Source of the DNA: an uncultured Actinomycetota bacterium
Lineage (GTDB): Bacteria; Actinomycetota; Actinomycetes; S36-B12
NCBI GenBank assembly: GCA_963749905.1
Contig: CAVVOF010000006.1
Span: 208,162-272,161 of the forward strand
DNA length: 64,000 nt
Direction: 5' to 3'
Shown piece after piece: positions 60,873-64,000 of the stretch. The position numbers were made by a program, and so were the translations under genes. Numbering within the stretch: the stretch's first letter is position 1; each line of letters begins with the position of its first letter. The notes below the pieces were generated by a model. The model searched no databases. It had not been told where the DNA came from and was given only the letters and a program-made list of their open reading frames with translations.

Positions 60873-61523
60873 TCAGCCGTTGGCGGGGTCGGTGCCCGGC
60901 CCGACGTTGTCGGCCAGCCACTCCATCAGCGGCCGCATGGCCCGCCAGTCCGCCCGCACCGCGCTGAACGCCTTGCGCCCGGCGATCGCCGGGCCCACCG
61001 GGTACCGTCGGGCCACCGTCAACGCCCGATTCCGCAGCAGGTCGATGCGCGGGTGGTCGATGTCGTAGCCCTTGGGACGGGTCTTCAGCGGCTGGCCGTC
61101 GACGTCGAAGCGCCGCTTCGCGGCAGCGACCAGGCGGACGAGCTCGGCTCCGCGCGGCCCGTCCACGGCCTCCCGATAGCGCGCCACCTGCTGCCCCTGA
61201 GGGGCGTACCACCCGCCCGCGACCATCAGCCCCTCGCCGGAGATCTGCACGTAGTAGCCGACCGAGTCCTCGACGTTGACGACCGCACCCTGATGGTCCT
61301 TGATCGGGGTCTTGTCCTTGCTGAACCGGGTGTCCCGATAGGGCCGGAACAGGTGACCGGGGCCGAACTCCGGCTCGAGCTCCGCCAGCAGCGCGCTCAG
61401 CGGATCGCGAACCCGCTCCTCGTAATCCGCCTTGTGCGCCTGCCACCACTCGCGTGAGTTGTTCGCCGAGAGGGCCTCGTAGAACTCGAAGGCCTCGGCG
61501 GGGATTCCGGTGAATACCGACAT
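60873..61523 (-). CDS. DUF2461 (TIGR02453) family protein
   Basis: MSVFTGIPAEAFEFYEALSANNSREWWQAHKADYE...FRPYRDTRFSKDKTPIKDH. Confidence 0.85.
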   Translation of the reverse strand: MSVFTGIPAEAFEFYEALSANNSREWWQAHKADYEERVRDPLSALLAELEPEFGPGHLFRPYRDTRFSKDKTPIKDHQGAVVNVEDSVGYYVQISGEGLMVAGGWYAPQGQQVARYREAVDGPRGAELVRLVAAAKRRFDVDGQPLKTRPKGYDIDHPRIDLLRNRALTVARRYPVGPAIAGRKAFSAVRADWRAMRPLMEWLADNVGPGTDPANG

Positions 61524-61525
61524 GG

Positions 61526-61894
61526 TCACGACGCGAAGAAGGCCTTCGCCTTCTCCGTGTAGAAGATGCTGATGATGAGCAGGCTGATGAGGACCCCGAC
61601 GATCGCCTGCACCCAGGCGCCCGCGCCGATGGCCGCCCAGCCGTCGGCCACCATCCCGAGCACGAGGACGATGACGACGATGAAGCGCGCGCCGCTGCTC
61701 CCGTTCGCGATGCCCTTCGCCAGCAGCAGGAGGATGAGCGCGAAGATGATGGTGACGATCGGCGTGATCCAGCCCATGTCCTCCCGCCACGCGACGAGCG
61801 CGACGATGCCGAGGAACAGGTCGGCCGCAGCGATCAGCACCATCAGCACCATCACGATGGTGATGGACAGGGGACGGGCGACCGTGCTGGCCAT
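61526..61894 (-). CDS. Four-TM small membrane protein
   Basis: ATG 61894 follows ggaggag. 122 aa and hydrophobic throughout. Confidence 0.55.
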   Translation of the reverse strand: MASTVARPLSITIVMVLMVLIAAADLFLGIVALVAWREDMGWITPIVTIIFALILLLLAKGIANGSSGARFIVVIVLVLGMVADGWAAIGAGAWVQAIVGVLISLLIISIFYTEKAKAFFAS

Positions 61895-62025
61895 GGCTCC
61901 TCCTAGGAGACGTGCGCCACCTTCGGCGGGGCACCGCGGCGACCCTCTGCCACCGGCTGGACGCCAGCATGACACCTGGGCCGGGCTACGCCCGTCATTT
62001 ACGCCACCCCGCTAGCCTTCGGAGC

Positions 62026-62508
62026 ATGAGCGACCGGGCAGAGCAGCAGTCGGTGGCCAAGGTCCGGCAGGCCCTGTCCCGGCTCGGCGCGCGCGGCGAG
62101 GTCCGCGCCCTCGACGACAGCGCCCGCACCGCTGCGGAGGCTGCGGCGGCGCTCGGCATCGAGCCGGGCCAGATCGCCAGCTCGCTGGTGTTCCTGGCGG
62201 ACGGGCACCCTGTCCTCGTGATCGCCTCCGGAGGCCACCGGGTCGACGAGCTGCAGCTCGGCTCCGTGCTCGACGCGACCCATGTGATCAAGGCGTCCGC
62301 CGACGAGGTGCGCAAGGCGACCGGCTTCGCCATCGGCGGCGTGGCCCCGGTCGGTCACCCGCACCCACTGCGCACCATCGTCGACATCGCCCTCTCGCGC
62401 TTCGACGAGGTGTGGGCCGCGGGCGGCCACCCGCACTACGTGTTCCCGACCAGCTACGACGAGCTGCTGCGCATCACCGCCGGTGAGGCAGCGGAGATCG
62501 GCGCCTGA
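62026..62508 (+). CDS. YbaK/prolyl-tRNA-synthetase-associated editing-domain protein
   Basis: ATG 62026 follows ggag. Motifs SSLVFLADGHPVLVIASG and GFAIGGVAPVGHP. Confidence 0.85.
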   Translation: MSDRAEQQSVAKVRQALSRLGARGEVRALDDSARTAAEAAAALGIEPGQIASSLVFLADGHPVLVIASGGHRVDELQLGSVLDATHVIKASADEVRKATGFAIGGVAPVGHPHPLRTIVDIALSRFDEVWAAGGHPHYVFPTSYDELLRITAGEAAEIGA

Positions 62509-62512
62509 GTCG

Positions 62513-63037
62513 GTGGCCGGCCACGTCGCCCTGCGTACCGCGGAGTCCTCGGACCGACCGCTTCTCGAGTACTGGGACACCCTCGAGCACGTGATCGCGT
62601 CGGGTGGCGAGGACGTCGGCGAATGGGACTGGGAGAACGAGCTTGGCCGACAGGTCCCGTGGCGGGAGCAGCTCGTCATCGAGGTCGACGGTCGGTCGAT
62701 CGGCTTCATCCAGATCATCGACCCCCGTGAGGAGGAGACCCACTACTGGGGCGACGCGGAGCAGGACCTGCGCGCCATCGACATCTGGATCGGCGAGCCG
62801 GACGCGCTGGGCCAGGGCTACGGATCGCAGGCCATGCGACTGGCCATCAGTCGCTGCTTCGCCGATCCCGCGGTGCGGGCCATCCTGATCGATCCGCTCG
62901 AGTCGAACTCGCGGGCCCGTCGGTTCTACGCGCGGCACGGCTTCGTCGAGGTGGGTCCGCGGCGCTTCGGCGGCGATGACTGCATGGTGATGCGCCTCGA
63001 GCGCGGCGCCGAGATGGTCACGCCTGACGGCCCGTGA
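62513..63037 (+). CDS. GNAT N-acetyltransferase, AAC(6')-Ib/Acetyltransf_8-like
   Basis: RAIDIWIGEPDALGQGYGSQAMRLAISRCFADPAVRAILIDPLESNSRARRFYARHGF parallels the AAC(6')-Ib core. Confidence 0.8.
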   Translation: MAGHVALRTAESSDRPLLEYWDTLEHVIASGGEDVGEWDWENELGRQVPWREQLVIEVDGRSIGFIQIIDPREEETHYWGDAEQDLRAIDIWIGEPDALGQGYGSQAMRLAISRCFADPAVRAILIDPLESNSRARRFYARHGFVEVGPRRFGGDDCMVMRLERGAEMVTPDGP

Positions 63038-63848
63038 TCCCCAGCGTGTGGCGGACCGGCTGCCGGAAGGTGACCGAGCCATCCGGGCCCGCATGCGTCC
63101 CCAGGATCGCGCGCGCGTCGTCGCGCACCCGGCCGCGCTGGTCTTCGGGGATGGACAGCCACATCGCCCGCTGCCCCGTCGACCAGGTGAAGGCCTCCCA
63201 CTGGTCGGCGTCCGCGAAGCGCACGTCGACGGCGCCGGTGGCCGTCCGCACGCCGGTGTAGCCGGCCGACTCGAGCAACTGCTCCATCCCGGCGTCGCTG
63301 CCGAACGGGCCGGCGTTCCCCGTGGTCCGCGCATCCCTCATCCTCGGCGGCAGGAAGGGCTCGAAGACCGAGTCGACCTGCGCCCACCCCGGATCCAGGC
63401 CGGCGAACGTGGTCACGCCCACGCGGCCGCCCGCTCGCAGGCGGGGATGCCAGGACGCGACCGCCGCTGCGGGATCGGGCAGGAAGAACAGCACGAGGCT
63501 GCAAGAGATGGCGTCGTACGTGCCGAGGTCGTCATCGGGATCCGAGGCGTCACCCACGCGCACCTCGACGTTCGGCAGGTCAACCAGGTCCTGCCTCGCC
63601 TGGTCGACCATCCCCGCTGAGATGTCGATGCCCATCACGTCGCCGCTGCCGGCGAGGCGCGTCGCGGCCTGACGAACGACGGCGCCTCGACCGCAGCCCA
63701 CATCCAGCCACCGCTCGCCGGGGCGAGGGTCGAGGGCGTCGACCAGCCCACTGGCAATGGGTTCGAAGAAGTCGACCCCGACCGCGTCGTAGACGCCCGA
63801 CACCGCGTCGAAGAGCCTCGCGACCTGGCCGGTGGGGTCCTCATCCAT
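63018..63848 (-). CDS. Class I SAM-dependent methyltransferase
   Basis: Motif I WLDVGCGRGAV; also GIDISAGMV and AISCSLVLFFL. Confidence 0.85.
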   Translation of the reverse strand: MDEDPTGQVARLFDAVSGVYDAVGVDFFEPIASGLVDALDPRPGERWLDVGCGRGAVVRQAATRLAGSGDVMGIDISAGMVDQARQDLVDLPNVEVRVGDASDPDDDLGTYDAISCSLVLFFLPDPAAAVASWHPRLRAGGRVGVTTFAGLDPGWAQVDSVFEPFLPPRMRDARTTGNAGPFGSDAGMEQLLESAGYTGVRTATGAVDVRFADADQWEAFTWSTGQRAMWLSIPEDQRGRVRDDARAILGTHAGPDGSVTFRQPVRHTLGITGRQA

Positions 63849-63909
63849 CTCGGGAGTCTGGCACCGATGACCGGCCGCGCCTAGAGCCGCAGCCGCGAGG
63901 GCGCCACGG

Positions 63910-64000
63910 TCACGTGGCGCGCTCGGCCCGCACGCTGGCGCGCGGGACGCCGGTGGCGGTCGCCTCGACGCGATCGCCGGGCGCGAACGGCACCGCCGCC
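63910..64000 (-). CDS. 3' end of an unidentified gene running off the window
   Basis: The minus-strand frame reads ...AAVPFAPGDRVEATATGVPRASVRAERAT-TGA with strong G/C third-position bias. It is too short to name. Confidence 0.3.
   Translation of the reverse strand, partial: AAVPFAPGDRVEATATGVPRASVRAERAT

Overview
This is high-GC actinobacterial chromosomal DNA, mostly conserved core genome, and nearly all genes could be assigned by reading the supplied translations.

**Gene content, in order**
- **1-4.5 kb (minus strand):** dnaE1 (5' part), rluD, lspA, and a histone-H1-like/DksA-like regulator.
- **4.7-7.8 kb (plus strand):** ileS.
- **7.8-26.5 kb (minus strand):** a complete division/cell-wall (dcw) supercluster. 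The order is mraZ, rsmH, ftsL-like, ftsI, murE, murF, mraY, murD, ftsW, murG, murC, ftsQ, ftsZ, pgeF(ylmD), yggS(ylmE), sepF, yggT, divIVA.
- **26.7-45.7 kb:** a mixed block. It holds an ECF sigma factor fused to a zinc anti-sigma domain, DUF2892, DUF3048, DUF2202, rmuC, a HelD-like helicase and a C45-like hydrolase. It continues with an HD hydrolase, DUF4349, two I78-inhibitor-domain proteins, an RDD protein, a FIST protein and a MaoC dehydratase. It ends with MoxR-DUF58-transglutaminase and DUF3040.
- **45.7-51.7 kb (minus strand):** a LexA-box-preceded operon of two small uncharacterised proteins, then dnaE2, then dinB.
- **51.7-55.7 kb:** a 1311-aa multi-PAS GGDEF-EAL protein.
- **55.7-59.7 kb:** a heavily frameshifted ABC-2 exporter plus a beta-CASP MBL hydrolase.
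- **59.8-64.0 kb:** small enzymes, namely an ANT(6)-like nucleotidyltransferase, DUF2461, YbaK, an AAC(6')-like GNAT and a SAM methyltransferase.

I recognised no rRNA, tRNA, CRISPR array, integrase or transposase.

**Most interesting observations**
1. The SOS-box cassette (small protein, HEPN-like protein, DnaE2, intact DinB) has no imuA'/imuB. Its LexA box sits inside a perfect 46-bp palindrome in a promoter region shared with the c-di-GMP protein.
2. There are five copies of two hairpin-repeat families. They share one architecture: CCCGTC...GACGGG termini, arms of about 26 nt, and a loop of exactly 16 nt. Compensatory changes occur between copies. One copy lies in the ftsQ-ftsZ spacer, and one pair brackets the sigma module.
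3. An unannotated 43-codon membrane ORF and a tandem repeat lie in the unusually long mraZ-rsmH spacer. Four GTGG boxes with exact 10-bp phasing lie upstream of mraZ.
4. Single-base frameshifts are unevenly distributed. There are about 7 in essential genes across roughly 60 kb, against at least 27 within 4 kb at 55.7-59.7 kb.

**Limits**
All family names come from motif recognition by eye. No database search, HMM or RNA folding was run.
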